Below are positions 1-13,363 of a stretch of DNA of 64,000 nt, in pieces. Origin of the DNA: Octopus vulgaris (Eukaryota); the NCBI GenBank assembly GCA_951406725.2, contig OX597825.1, positions 24,738,001 through 24,802,000 on the forward strand, written 5' to 3'. The notes beneath the pieces were generated by a model that had not been told where the DNA came from, made no database searches, and was given only the letters and a program-made list of their open reading frames with translations. The first letter of the stretch is position 1. Each line of letters starts with the position of its first letter. The translations under genes and the position numbers were made by a program.

Positions 1-420
1 TTTAGCGAGGCCACCGTAGCTGCTGGACGATTTCTGTCTGCTACTGATATTGTTCTGTTTTCTAGCATTAAATATATATACCACAGTTTATCAGGTTTTC
101 AATGATGTATCTGCTTTAAGTATGATATCCAGAATCCTAATTTGAACTACTGTTGCTTCTGTCATTTCTAATAAATTTTTATTCAGCCTACTGGCCTGGC
201 TAATTGCAACATCGGTGATTTTTCATCACTGTTTTACTTCATCAATGAAGATGGAGTATGTAGTTACCAGTTAGATGTTTGCTACTGATGGGACCCCAAA
301 AGGCAAAAATACATATTTAGCAATACCATCACCACTGCTGGATGATTCTCATCTGTTGCTGATATCTTTCTGTGTTTTTTAACACTACACACCTATGAAG
401 GATTCTTTCTTGAGACACTT
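1..420 (+). repeat. Old dispersed repeat with ~315-bp internal periodicity (GCTGGACGATTT...TCTGCTACTGATA motif)
   Basis: Motif at ~19 and ~335; related copies at 20900-21030, 23405-23810, 30645-30980 and 32490-32590. Confidence 0.55.
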
Positions 421-1033
421 AAGAACAATCTACTTCAATCAGTTTATTATAGGATTCAAAATTCCTGGAATGGTACAGATTGCGACAGGCATCTGAGGAA
501 GGTTGGAAAATAAAGCAGCCAAAACCTTGTGACCATAACAACTAAGACAAGAACATTAATCCAAATATATCAGTGTGTAATAATGATACAACCTCAAACC
601 AGAAATTTAGATGAAATTTATATGGTTAAATATAAACGTGACACATTATTATTTATGAAAACAATATTATGTCATGGGTTTATCATCCATAACACAGTGT
701 AATTTCAATAACAAACCAGAATAACTGTGACATCATTATTGTTTTTAACATCCACTTTTCCATGCCAGCATGGCTCAAATGGAATTTGTTGTGGATTTTT
801 CTACAGCTGGATGCCCTTCATGTCACCAAACCTCAACATAATATTTCCCCATGATGAGGTTTGAAACAAAAGCCACCTCTTTCAAGGTAGTGACACTTGT
901 TTACAGCTATCAAAAGAAGTCAAGGCATGGATGGAAGCAGTAACACATGCTAATGCATGTATATATATATATATATATAAACATATACACATATACACGT
1001 ATGTGTGTGTGAAACATATATATGTATATATAC

Positions 1034-1077
<44 letters not shown>

Positions 1078-2082
1078 TGCTAGCATGGAGAACAGACGTT
1101 AAACGATGATGATGATATATACATGTATATAGATAGATAGATTCACACATATATACACACACACAGATACAATGGTCTTCTTTCAGTTCCTGTATGCCAA
1201 ATCCTATCTCAAGGCTTTGGTTAGCATGGGGCTATAGTAGAATACACATACCCGAGGTGCCACACAATGGGACTGAACACAAACTCATGTGGTTGGAATG
1301 CAAACATTCTACCATACAGCAATGCCTGCACTTCAAAAGATTTTAATCAAATTTGGATAGTAAACTTAATTTGTCACTTAATTAACACCCCCCACCCCAC
1401 CACCACCACCAGCAGCTGCAGTGCCTTTATGAGAATTAATTCTATTACAAGCGTTGAGGGCAGATCTCCAGTTTTACAATCACTTTGTCCACCCTCTATG
1501 TCAGCTTCAGAGGCCCTTAGCCTTTAATATTTAGATTCCTCTGTCAAATGCAATGTTTATTTATTCAAATCATTTTGAAATTAATCATGCATTATTTTGT
1601 GCTTGCTTTGAGATTTCCATGGTATGACTGTTTAAGTTTAGAATGACATTGCAGGGTAGGTGTGAGAGGCTGGATCTTTCAAGTTTGAATTGGCCTAATA
1701 AGACCAATTTAAAAGCAAACAGGTAAAAAACAAATGACTAAAGGGACCACTTTCCCTTATCTGGTGAAGCAGTACCAATAAACATTTAACATTTTTGTCA
1801 AGAAATGTATTTCAAACAATCCATTACGTTTATATAGAAAATTTTCTTCATTCTGTTTTGGAGTTGTTTTGATTGTCTAATCTGTTATTAATGTCATCTT
1901 CAAAAACTGACAGCAAATATATTAATTTTACTTAAATGTATTGCATAATGATAATGTAATTAAGTTAAAACATAGAAAAATTAATTGGTATTTAAATGCA
2001 GTTATTTACATTTTGTAATAGGCTTTGAATCAAAAACATGAAACATATTTTTAATTATTTATTTAAACAGTAAAACTGAAAA

Positions 2083-2375
2083 ATTATGTTGTGTCTGGGG
2101 ATGGTCATATTGTTTTGATGCTTTATTATCTAATACACTCACTGGTTCAATTTCCACTCCTTTATTATTTGTATTTTTTTCTTCTAAAATTTTCATTGCC
2201 TTTTGCAATTTTGTCACTGGATGTTGATTCTGTCAATTATTGGAGCTCCAATAATGAATAGAGTCAACATCCATTGACAAGGTTGTAAGAAAAAATATGA
2301 GTGGAAATCAAACCAGTGAGTGTGTTAGATAATAAAGTATTAAGACAGTATGACTCTCCCCAGGCACAACATAAT
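2083..2375. mobile_element. Degenerate fold-back (palindromic) element
   Basis: ATTATGTTGTGTCTGGGGA...CACTCACTGGTT versus AACCAGTGAGTG...TCCCCAGGCACAACATAAT; perfect centre TTATTGGAGCTCCAATAA at ~2237-2254. Confidence 0.7.
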
Positions 2376-2839
2376 TTGCTTCAACAAGTGAATTCACATA
2401 AAGAATCTTGCAAACTAGATCCAAAAATGAAACTGATAACTTAGATATGTACATAAATAGAACCAAGGGAGACAACACCGAAAAGATTGGAGTTTTCTCC
2501 CTTCGTATGGCACAATGTATGTATAGGCATGCATAAATACACAATGGCATATATTATAAGAGTGATAATCCAGAGAGGTAAGGCAGTGGATTGGCAGAAT
2601 TAGTAGAATTGTGGACTAAAATCTTTACAGTTGTAAGTAACACTCATATACATACATTATTTACATTCTAAATTGACTGCCTTGATGAGTATTTTCTATC
2701 CTTTCATCTTTCAAGTAACAATTAAATATGTACTAAACGAGCAATGGAATTGATTGAATCAATTAAGCACCTCTCTTAAAAAAGGTTTGGCCCCTCGTCA
2801 ATGTTAAAAATAATAATGTTGATCATAAGAATAATAATA

Positions 2840-3056
2840 ATTCTTTCTACTATAGGTACAAGGCTTGAAATTGCTGGGGGAGGGTTAAGTTGATTACATT
2901 GACACCTGTGCTCAACTGGTGCTTATTTTACCGTTCCTGAAAGGATAAGAGGCAAAGTCAACCTTGGTAGAATTAGAATTCAGAGCATTAAGAGCTGGAA
3001 GAAATACCACTAAGCATTTTGTCTAACAAGCTAACAAATCTGTCAGCTCACCACCT
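2840..3056 (-). mobile_element. tRNA-derived SINE with Nin-like central domain (family B)
   Basis: Homologous to the clean copies at 35655-36070 and 36223-36442; further copies at ~3290-3515, 8995-9203, 10090-10240, 22613-22815, 38785-38965, 39450-39625 and 44950-45122. Confidence 0.7.
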
Positions 3057-3079
3057 TAACGACCTTTCTACTAGTACTA

Positions 3080-3109
3080 CTAACAATAATAACAATAATA
3101 ATAATAATG

Positions 3110-3146
<37 letters not shown>

Positions 3147-3223
3147 CAACAACAACAATAATAATAATAATAATAATAATAACAACAACAACAACAACAA
3201 CAACAATAATAATAACAATAATG

Positions 3224-3255
<32 letters not shown>

Positions 3256-3270
3256 TATAATAATAATGAT
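3080..3270. repeat. (AAT)n/(AAC)n microsatellite
   Basis: Direct observation. Confidence 0.95.
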
Positions 3271-3518
3271 GGTTGTTATTATTATTATTTCTACTCTAGA
3301 CACAAGGCCTTGAAAATTTTGTTGGGAAGGGGGATAGTCAATTACATCAACCCCAGTGCATAACTGGTACTTATTTCATCAACCCCCCCCCCCCCCCGAA
3401 AGGATGAAAGGTAAAGTCAACCTTAGCGGAATTTAAACTCAGAATGTATCGACAAGCGAAATAATGCTAAGTATTTCATCTGGCATGCTAACAACTCTGC
3501 CAGCACGCTGCCTTAATA

Positions 3519-3582
<64 letters not shown>

Positions 3583-3593
3583 TAATAATAATA

Positions 3594-4150
3594 AATGTTC
3601 TGAGGCAGTACCAGGCAGTGGTTCTCATGGATTCTGATCTTAACTTGTTGGTAGTGTAATCATGTACATTGTTTTGTCTTAGTATAAAAGATGGCCTACA
3701 GCAAATATTCTGCTCAATACCACAGATTTGCTTGTCAGTTGTTTGACCTTAACCAGTTGAACATGTCCCTTGGTGGCTGACGATATGTGCATCTCTGATC
3801 ACGAGCAGAAGTAGTGGGGAAGCATCATAGCCATGTGTTGTAAGGAATTCTTTGGGGTTCGAAAAGTTCACCACTAGAAACATGGGTGTTTCATTCAATA
3901 TTTTATACAACCTTCATCCAGGAACCTTAGGAGTTGGATGGCATACTTGACCTGTTGAAAATCCGAACAGGGTCCCTCCTGCAAGGTCATGTGCTGTTTA
4001 TCTTGACATGAGATCACCATGTCACACACATATGGTTGTAATGCATGTGCCTGGTGTACCCTTATCAGACGGGTAGTCATGATGAGTATACTGGGCTTTG
4101 TATATTTTTACCCTAGTGTCACTTTGATGGCATGCACTGCTCTCTCACTC
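3594..4150 (+). mobile_element. ~557-bp non-coding interspersed element inserted in (TAA)n, copy 1
   Basis: End-to-end similar to 44352-44908; both copies flanked by (TAA)n on both sides; 3' fragment again at ~4312-4375. Confidence 0.8.
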
Positions 4151-4202
<52 letters not shown>

Positions 4203-4508
4203 GCAATAATAATAATAGATGAAGCACTGACCCCTTATGCTGTAGAGCAACATTCTCTCTCTCTTGATGCAATTAACTCTGATTTGTACAAATTATAGTC
4301 AAGGTGTGTATAACTGGGCTTTGTATATTTGTACCCCAACATCACTTTGATGGCATGTGCTACCCTATCACTCAATAATAATAATGATAACTACTACTAC
4401 TACTACTACTACTACTACGACGACGACGACGACGACGACGACTTCTAATACTACCACTACAACTACTACTACTGCAACTATTTCATTTTCTTTCTTTTCT
4501 TTTCTTAG

Positions 4509-4712
4509 AGTGCTTCGCCGAGCAAAGTTGAAGATGAAAGGAATTCTGGGAATGGTAACTCTATCCAGAACTCCCCAAAACAAACTGCCAGCACTGACAA
4601 CCCAATGTACCTAATAACACCACAAATGCCGCAAGCAGATGACAAGACAGCCGCCGTACAGTCTCCAGCATCGTCGATTAAGTATATTGATGAAGATGAC
4701 ACATCAAAGAAG
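4509..4712 (+). CDS. Internal coding exon (68 codons, phase 0/0) of an unidentified gene; SASPSKVEDERNSG...TDNPMYLITPQ...KYIDEDDTSKK
   Basis: Long polypyrimidine tract plus TTAG acceptor (AG 4507-4508), open frame of 204 nt, AAG|GTAATC donor at 4713; joins in frame to the exon at 11897. Confidence 0.75.
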
Positions 4713-4914
4713 GTAATCCGTGCAGTGGAAAGCCATGGGCTGCATTAACTGTTCACTTTTTCAGTATATTCCATCTCAAGGAAGTGAGCTGTTATCAGAT
4801 GTATTGGGTTTCTAAATGAATGATTGGAAATCTAAAACTTTTTTTCTTTGAGAATATATACAAAATAATGTTTTGGTTATATTTTCAATATCAGCTTTCT
4901 ACATGCACACACAT

Positions 4915-5212
4915 GGAAGCACATGGCCTAGTGGTTAGAGCAGCGGGCTCGTAGTCAAGGGATTGCGGGTTCAAATCTCAGACTGGGCAATGTGTGTGTT
5001 TATGAGCGAAACACCTAAGCTCCACGCAGCTCCGGCAGAAGGCAATGGCAAACTTCTGCTGACTCTTTTGCCATAACTTTCTCTCACTCTTTCCTCCTGC
5101 ATCTTGCAGCTCACCTGTGACCGACCGGCGTCCCGTCCAGGTGGGGAACCTATATGCCAAAGAAACCGGGAAACCAGCCCTAATGAGCCAGGGATGGCTC
5201 AAGAAGGAACAA
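4915..5212 (+). mobile_element. tRNA-derived SINE (family C)
   Basis: A box TGGCCTAGTGG and B box GGTTCAAATC; related copies at 11055-11300, 25900-26165 (-), 38460-38670 (-) and 57987-58270. Confidence 0.8.
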
Positions 5213-5700
5213 ACATGCACACTTACACACACACACACACACACATATATACACACAAATATCTAGAGACATTACAATTGCTATCAAATCATAAACATTT
5301 TCATATTGAATTTTAATATTCAATAATATTGTCTTACTTGATCTGTCTATTTATTCAGAATATGTACACCATATATATGTTTTATGTGTATATGTATATA
5401 TATACACACAGCTGCAGGACTGGCTCCTGAGCTGGTGACATGTAAAAAACACCATTTGAGCATGGCCATTGCCTGTACCGCCAGATTGGCCCTCGTGCAG
5501 GTGGCCAATCTAAAGTTTCGGGGTGATTGGCATTAGGAAGGGCATCCAGCTGGTTTGCCAGTCCTCAATCAATTCATCCAACCATGCTAGCAGGGAAAGC
5601 AGACGTTAAACGGTGATGATGATGAGGATGATGATACACTCACACACACACATACATGCACATACATATACAAATATATATACATATGTAGGTATGTATT

Positions 5701-5758
<58 letters not shown>

Positions 5759-6508
5759 TACATATATATGTATTCATATGTATATGTATTCACATATATG
5801 AGAAAAGGTCAGTTCAAAAAGAACAATTCAAACTTTTTCGGAGATCCAAAAAGAGAGAAAAGGTGATTTCTAATAAGGATTCATCATATTCATGAAAATC
5901 AACCAAAACAGGTAATAAGAATATGAAAATAATATTTGAGATTTGTTATAGGTATAGGAATACGTACGTATGCATTGAATCCAGTTTTATAAAAAATCAA
6001 CATCTTTTCTCCATTTTTTATACTTGTTTATGGTATATTCTTATACCTATAACAAATCTTATGCATTCACATATATATATATACACACACATGTGTAGAC
6101 ATAAAAGATGTGTGTGGGTAGTACTTTACAGCTGTTTCTGGAATAGGTAGACATGAGATATAGATTTGTGCGTATTAAGTGTAGCAGGAGATTGCATGAA
6201 ACTATCCCATTCATCATCATCATCATTGTTTAACATCTGTCTTCCATGCATGGATAGAACAGTTGACAGGAGTTAGCCAGGTAGAAGACTACCACAGGTT
6301 ACTGTGTTTGTTTTGGGTAGGGGCTTTTACAGCTGGATGCCCTTCCTAGCACTAACCACTTCACAGCAGGGAAAATAAAATATCTGAATAGAGAGGCAAA
6401 CATATCACTATGGAAAGAAGACATATAGATGAAATGTTGTACATGATTGAGTATGATAAAGATATGTACAGGGTGTCCCAAAAGTCAACAGACCATTTCA
6501 AAATATGA

Positions 6509-6923
6509 TACTCTACTTTTTACTCCTTTACTTGTTTCAGTCATTTGACTGTGGCCATGCTGGAGCACCACCTTTTTAGTCGAGCAAATCGACCCCAGGA
6601 CTTATTCTTTGTATGCCTAGTACTTATTCTATCGGTCTCTTTTGCTGAACCACTAAGTTATGGGGACGTAAACACACCAGCATCGGTTGTCAAGCGATGT
6701 TGGGGGGACAAACACAGACACATAAACATATACACATACACATACATACATATATACACATATATACGACGGGCTTCTTTCAGTTTCCATCTACCAAATC
6801 CACTCACAAGGCTTTGGTCGGCCTGAGGCTATAGTAGAAGACACTTGCCCAAGGTGCCACGCAGTGGGACTGAACCCGGAACCATGTGGTTCGTAAGCAA
6901 GCTACTTACCACACAGCCACTCC
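6509..6923 (-). mobile_element. tRNA-derived SINE (family A) with internal (CA)/(TA) microsatellite
   Basis: Minus strand starts GGAGTGGCTGTGTGG (A box) ... GGTTCAGTCC (B box); short tandem-repeat tail; many copies in the window. Confidence 0.85.
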
Positions 6924-7509
6924 TTATTAAATATTGACATTTATTCTTTTATAAGCAATAAATACCCTTCTTGGTAAACATTTTTAATTAGTTTTGAAAA
7001 TTATGTTCTTCAAATGGCCAAGTAATTTCTGCATAGACATTACTGTTGTTCTTACATGCTCATATTTTCCCCCTGTTTCTTTTGTTTTTCTTGTATTTTT
7101 TTTAATTTTGTTCTTGGCAAATTTTATTTATTTTATTTTATTTTAATTTAATTACTCTTTTGTGTCTAATTATTTGTTACCCAACAGGTTTGCTTCCTCA
7201 ACCAGTTTTTATAGAAGCAATTATACTTTCTTTCGTTGATATCTTCCCTATTTTCAGTTAAGTCCAAGTGTGCTTTTATTTTTTTTTTTATTAACCAACT
7301 CCTTGTTTTTAACCTTGTTATGTTTTTAAAATTATTTCTATTATTTTTAATCATTTTTTTATTATTTTTAATTATTGAAAAACATTTCTTTAATCACATC
7401 TTTATTTTGTTTCTTTTTTTCTTTTTAATATATTTGGTAAGACGGTGGGGGAGGGGGAGAAATTTTATTTCTGTATTATTTTATTTATTTATTTATTTTA
7501 CTTTTATGT

Positions 7510-7883
7510 TTTATCTTTTACTTGTTCCAGTCATTAGACTGCGGCCATGCTGGAGCACCACCTTGAAGAATTTTTAGTTGAATGAATCGACTCCAGTACA
7601 TATTTTTTTTTCTTTTAAGCCTGGCACTTATTCTATTGATCAGTTTTGCCAAACCGCTAAGTTACAGGGACATAAACACACCAACACTGGTTGTCAAGCA
7701 GTGGTGGGGGACAAACACCGACGCAAAGACACACACACAACAGGCTTCTTTCAGTTTCTGTTTACTAAATCCACTCACAAGGCTTTAGTCGGCCCAAGAC
7801 ACTGGCTCAAGGTGTCACACAATGGGACTGAACTCTGTACCATGTAGCTGGGAAGCAAACTTCTAACTACACAGTTATACCTG
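7510..7883 (-). mobile_element. SINE family A copy
   Basis: Colinear similarity to 6509-6923; partial copies also at 1165-1330 and 8240-8403. Confidence 0.8.
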
Positions 7884-8206
7884 TATGTATGTATATATAT
7901 ATATATAACAATTAAGGATAAAATCTTAAAGAATCTTAACAAGAAATTATCAGGTAGTTAGCGTGAAAAACCTCATAAGAGAAAAAATCCGAAAATAATT
8001 TTTTCCCTTGAAAATATTTATTTATATTGTATAGAGGGCATTATTACACATAGATGCCACACGCTAAGAGGGACATAAGTCATTACTACCAAAATTTAAC
8101 TAATCATACCGAATGCAGCTCTCAAAGCAAGACATTTAAAAAACTGAATTTAGTTCTATATCACCTGTGATTTCGCAATTAATGTATTAAATACGTCTTT
8201 TGTATA

Positions 8207-8237
<31 letters not shown>

Positions 8238-9221
8238 ATAGGATGGGCTTCATTCAGTTTCTGTCAACCAAAATCCCTCACAGGTTTCTAGTTGGCCTGG
8301 GAATATAATGGAAGACACTTACCCAAGGTGCCACACCGTGGGACTGAACCCAGAACCATGTGGTTTGGGAAGCAAGCTTCTTACCACACTGCAATGCCTG
8401 CGCATTTTTGTTAAAGATTTTTGCATGTGTTTGCTATTTGTTTTTTTTTTTCACTTTTTTTTTTGCTGCATCCTTACAAGGCATGATGCAAAAAATTCTG
8501 AGTATGGATCAGGGTAATTAAACTATTTTTATAAAATAATGTGGCAAATATTTTCAAAACATCGCTAATTACATTAAAAAGTCACCACACCAGAAATGAA
8601 AATATCGCAGGTAAATTTTACAAATACATATACATACATGTGTGTATGTGTATATATATAATATATTATGTATTACAAATTATAAATCAGTTTAATGTCC
8701 AGGATTAGACACCTGGGGTGAAAGAGGGAGGCATCAGCACTGGATTGGTACATTATTTATCAACCTAGAACGGTTGAAAGGCAAAGCTGGTTTTGATAGG
8801 ATTTGAACTCAGAGCAACAGACAACTGGAGCAAGTATCACAACAAATTCAATCGAACTCTCTGCCAAGTCTGCCAATTGACTACTAATGTTACAATCAGC
8901 AAACATTGATTCTAAATGACCAAACTCTATTGATATTCCTAAGTTGCTGCTTTGCTACTACTAGTAATACTACTACTACTAATAATAATAATAATCCTTT
9001 CTACAGAAAAGGTACAAGGCCTGAAATATCAGAGGAGGGGACTAGTTGATTTCATCGATCCCAGTCTTACTTAATTTATCAATCTTGAAAATTTGAAAGA
9101 TAAAGTCAACCTCAGCGGCATTTGAACTCAGAATGTAAAGACAGATGAAATGTTACTATGCATTTTACCCGGTGCAATAACAATTCTGCCAGCTTGCCAC
9201 CTTCACTACTTCTACTACAAA

Positions 9222-9329
<108 letters not shown>

Positions 9330-9344
9330 TAATAATGATAATAA

Positions 9345-9845
9345 GACATTATATTGAAAGACTTCAGACAAAGATCATGCCTGCTCATTGATATAACTGA
9401 CCCAATTGATATAAATGTATCTGTCAAGACCTACCAAAAACTGAGAAAATATAAAGATCTTGAAATAGAAATCAGCAAAATGTGGAACCTCAAGACTAAA
9501 ACAATACCTGTTGTCATAGGTGCCCTAGGAATAATAGCAAAAGAGGTTGATTCCTACCTAGCTCAGATATCAGGAGACCCCAAAATGGCAGAAATTCAAA
9601 AGATAGTGTTCATGGGAACTGCCCATATCTTCCATAAAATAATGTCTATGTAATCTCTAATTTAAATACAAACAATAATTTTCTTATATTTTCTTAAACA
9701 TTCTCTAGAATAATACTATTTGCAAAACCAAATATTTGGCACCCTAGGCATAATACCAGCATGAACTTCTAACTTGTTGTCTCTTGAGGTCTCTGGATGA
9801 GACTTGGAGCCAGCTTGTACAAATACAAAACAAAAGTCGAACATA
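9345..9845 (+). mobile_element. 5'-truncated R4/Dong-clade LINE: restriction-like endonuclease C-terminus plus 3' UTR, within (TAA)n
   Basis: Translation CLLIDIT.P.D.N...K..KYKDLEIEISKMWNLKTKTIPVVIGALG...IQK...GTAHI is the typical R4/Dong RLE end; flanked by TAA/TAC repeats, the known Dong target. Confidence 0.85.
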
Positions 9846-9858
9846 TAATAACACTACA

Positions 9859-9904
<46 letters not shown>

Positions 9905-9936
9905 ATACTAATACTAATAATAATAATAATAATAAC

Positions 9937-9968
<32 letters not shown>

Positions 9969-11896
9969 AGGCGAATCTGTGGTACTGAGCAGAATATTTG
10001 CTGTAGCCCATCTTTTACACCAAGACAGGCCATGTACCTGTTAACACTTCCAAACAGTTAAGATATTTTGCATATTTTTTTTTTGGTGCCTTACATTCTG
10101 AGTTCAAATCTTGTCAAAGTCAACTTTCCCTCTCATCTTTTTTGAGTTGATAAAATAAAGTACCAGTCAAGTACTGGAGTCAATATAATCAACTAACCCC
10201 TCACCCTAAAATTGCTGGCCTTGTGTCAAGATGTGAAACAAATGTTGCTATCATTATTTCAAACTCAGAATATTTTGATTATGCCTAGCATTCTATCAAT
10301 GCTTTGTTTACTTATTATTAATTTTTCTAATGATTGTTATAATTCTGAGCTTTCATTTGGAAATCAATGTTTAACATTTTGCTATATACACCTTCTTTGA
10401 TGGTTTATGCTGATACAAACTTATAAGATGTATTTCAGTTTTAGAATGCTACTTCTTAAACCTCCATTTGCCAGTAGCCCAAACATGAACCTTGTGTTTA
10501 TAAAACAGATTAATTTTCCTTAACATTTTGGGGGAGTAAATGCACCTTTTATGAACTGTGAAATGCTGAATTTTTTTTCAATACCCGAAAGATATATAAT
10601 GTAGATAACCTTAAAGTTATGTATTTTGAAAGCCTCAGCTGTGGCAATCAAGATGATGTGAGAACATCCTATTGTTCTCATACATAGAAAGTAAAATAAC
10701 TAAGAAAAATAATTAGGGAATAATTGAAAAATTTTTATTCTATTTTTACTTTCTTGTATTCGTTTCACATCTTTTATTTATTCATCCCTATTTTTCTTTC
10801 TTCCATCTTTTCCTCTTTATTTATATGAGATGTAAGAACAATTTTTTTTTTTTTTTTAGATCTTTTATATAACTGGATCCCATTTCGAAATGATATCAAT
10901 TATTCTTGTCTAAAAAGAAATGTCAAATTTCTGACAGAATAAAATAACATAATGATCGATAATTCACTTTTTATTTATCTCAATATAACTAAATTTGTGG
11001 TGTTTAATATCTGTAAAGCATCCAGTTTAACCTCTCTATATGTCAACATGGAGTGGAGGTGCATGGCTTAGTGGTTAGTGTGTTGGACTCAAGATTGTAA
11101 GATTGTAGTTTCAATTCCTGGATGGGGCAACACGTTGTGTACTTGAGCAAAACACTTCATTTCACATTGATCCAGTCCACTCAGCTGGCAAAAATGAGTT
11201 TTCCTGCAATGGACCAGCATCCCATTCAGGTGGGGAATTTATACCCCAGGAAACCGACCCTTATGAGTCGGCAGGACTCAATAAGGTAACCTTTGCCATT
11301 TACCTTTTAACATGAAGTTGGTGAGATTCCAAAATTCATACTTATACATTAAGGTTTTGTAGAAGAATTTTTCCTCCTTTTTCTTGTAAACACTTTTAAG
11401 AGTACCTCAAGGTGGCTAGACACCTTGTTATCTGAAGCAACTGACTTCAGTAGGTCTTGGATACTAAACATACTGGAGTGATTTCTAGCTCCTCTCCCAT
11501 TCCATGTCCATATAAGGACTTGTATGTGATATTTCAAAGTAGCATCAGTTATATATTGCTTCCAACTATGAGGCACTTATTCACAGGACTGAACTATTAC
11601 AGGGTCAATTGTTGCCAGAACCCATGAAAGTTCAGTTTTTCACACCCCCTTCCTGGACAGGTTGATAAACAATGTGCCAGCCTAATGCTGGTGCATCCCT
11701 CTCTCCCCACAAGCTGTCTCACACAATGTTATCCCAGAATGCAATGCTGTTACAGGGTTAGTCGTTTCTACAGCTGAGTGGACTGGGGCAATGTGAATTG
11801 CGATAAAATATTGGCCTTTCAGATTATATTTCATAATATTTTGTAACTTATTTTTTATCATGTTGATTCTATTTATGTTTTACTCTTATATTCCAG

Positions 11897-12934
11897 GGTT
11901 ATGAAACTGATGAAGCTGAGGACGAAGGAGAAAGCGAATCAAAGCCTCTTCTAGCATCAGAAGTGGCAAATTCTAAGGATAACGACAGTAAAGAGAGCAA
12001 CGTTGCACCTGTGCAGTTTGGAAACTCGTTAGCATTTGAGAATTTCCCCAACAATAATAATGCCAATACTACAGAAGAAAATGTCAATGAGGACCTAGCT
12101 GATATGGCTTCTGAAGATGCTACAAGCCTAAACCAAATTCCAATATCAAATGCCAATATTGCATCACCGGATATAGCCTGGTTAGAACAGGCAGTCGAAG
12201 ACTCGACTCTGGGTTCAGTAACTGCTGGACTCACCCAGTCTGACTCAAGCCTATCTTCTAGTAATAAGTTCTACTCTTACGGCACTGGTCAGTTAGAGTA
12301 TGTATCCCCTTATCAAGGGCCAAGTGGGGAGTATGCAAGTAGCAGTTCTATAAGCTCACCTTCTTCAGAAAAAGGTCCGCATGTTCTCTATCAGCCTATT
12401 CTACCCGGAAAGACGAATGATGGGTCAAGCAATGTTTCACCTGCTTTCAGAGACAACATCGATGATAATGTTCTCGATAATGAACAAGAGATCATAAATT
12501 TGCACCCGTCTCTGTTGGACAGTAACATCGACCAAACAATAGTGACTGACACCGATATCTTCATTGACAATATCGCAGACGATGAGGATCTGTGTACGGA
12601 CAATAATAATCCGACAGATAACTTCAATAACCTGCCTTGTAATATGATTATCTCTTCTGAACAAGACAGCCGGAAAGAGAACTCAGACTCTTGTGTTGTA
12701 ATGGATGTTGAGGGTAACTACACACATCCAACGAATGACTTCATTAGCTGCAATGTTTCGCCAGCAGCAAAAATTAACACCGAAAACCAACCCCAGATAG
12801 ACACTGAGGACGAAAACCCTTGTGAACACACCACCTCTTCACTACCTCCTTCCCCAACTTCTTCCACAAGATCGACGCCCGGCATTATGGGAACTCTACC
12901 TCCTATGGCAACTGGAGAATCTGAAATGCTTTAA
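11897..12934 (+). CDS. Terminal coding exon (~345 aa) of the same gene; acidic Ser/Asn/Asp-rich, probably disordered C-terminal region (GYETDEAEDEGESESKPLL...ATGESEML*)
   Basis: TTCCAG acceptor at 11891-11896; the supplied 323-aa ORF (11963) extends upstream in frame to the acceptor; non-repetitive, higher-GC sequence; TAA ends at 12934. Confidence 0.85.
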   Translation, partial: GYETDEAEDEGESESKPLLASEVANSKDNDSKESNVAPVQFGNSLAFENFPNNNNANTTEENVNEDLADMASEDATSLNQIPISNANIASPDIAWLEQAVEDSTLGSVTAGLTQSDSSLSSSNKFYSYGTGQLEYVSPYQGPSGEYASSSSISSPSSEKGPHVLYQPILPGKTNDGSSNVSPAFRDNIDDNVLDNEQEIINLHPSLLDSNIDQTIVTDTDIFIDNIADDEDLCTDNNNPTDNFNNLPCNMIISSEQDSRKENSDSCVVMDVEGNYTHPTNDFISCNVSPAAKINTENQPQIDTEDENPCEHTTSSLPPSPTSSTRSTPGIMGTLPPMATGESEML

Positions 12935-13112
12935 TCTCACTTCATTTCCATGTTTAATATCTTGTGAAGAGATTGACCAATAATCAATACGCTCTCATCT
13001 CCCTCCTCTCTTATCTGACTTATGCGTGAGCATGTCTATGTGAGTGTGTGTGTGTATGCGTGTGTATATGTGTGTGTGTGTGTGTTATACCTCCCTACAA
13101 AAGGACTAGAAT

Positions 13113-13118
13113 AATAAA
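13113..13118 (+). promoter_or_regulatory. Candidate polyadenylation signal AATAAA
   Basis: AATAAA ~180 nt after the stop codon; the hexamer is common in AT-rich DNA. Confidence 0.25.
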
Positions 13119-13327
13119 ACATAGGTTATGACATGTACATAAATGCATCGTTATAAACATACGAGATTGTTAAGACACCCAATATTCGGTAGCTTTCCAA
13201 ACATAAGCACCACATTACCAAAATTATATGCATAAATTATTTAAAATTACGAATCATATATTGGAGAGTAAAAGAACACATTATTTTAATTTTAGAAACT
13301 ATTTCAGTATTCATACACATACATATA

Positions 13328-13363
<36 letters not shown>

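Noticed and set aside
4915-4990. tRNA gene
   Set aside because: tRNA-like head runs into a multi-copy SINE body and has no proper acceptor stem or terminator; the same holds at 57987 and 11055
11899-12664. Minus-strand ORFs overlapping the terminal exon
   Set aside because: Antisense shadows of the + strand exon, which has the splice acceptor and the long frame
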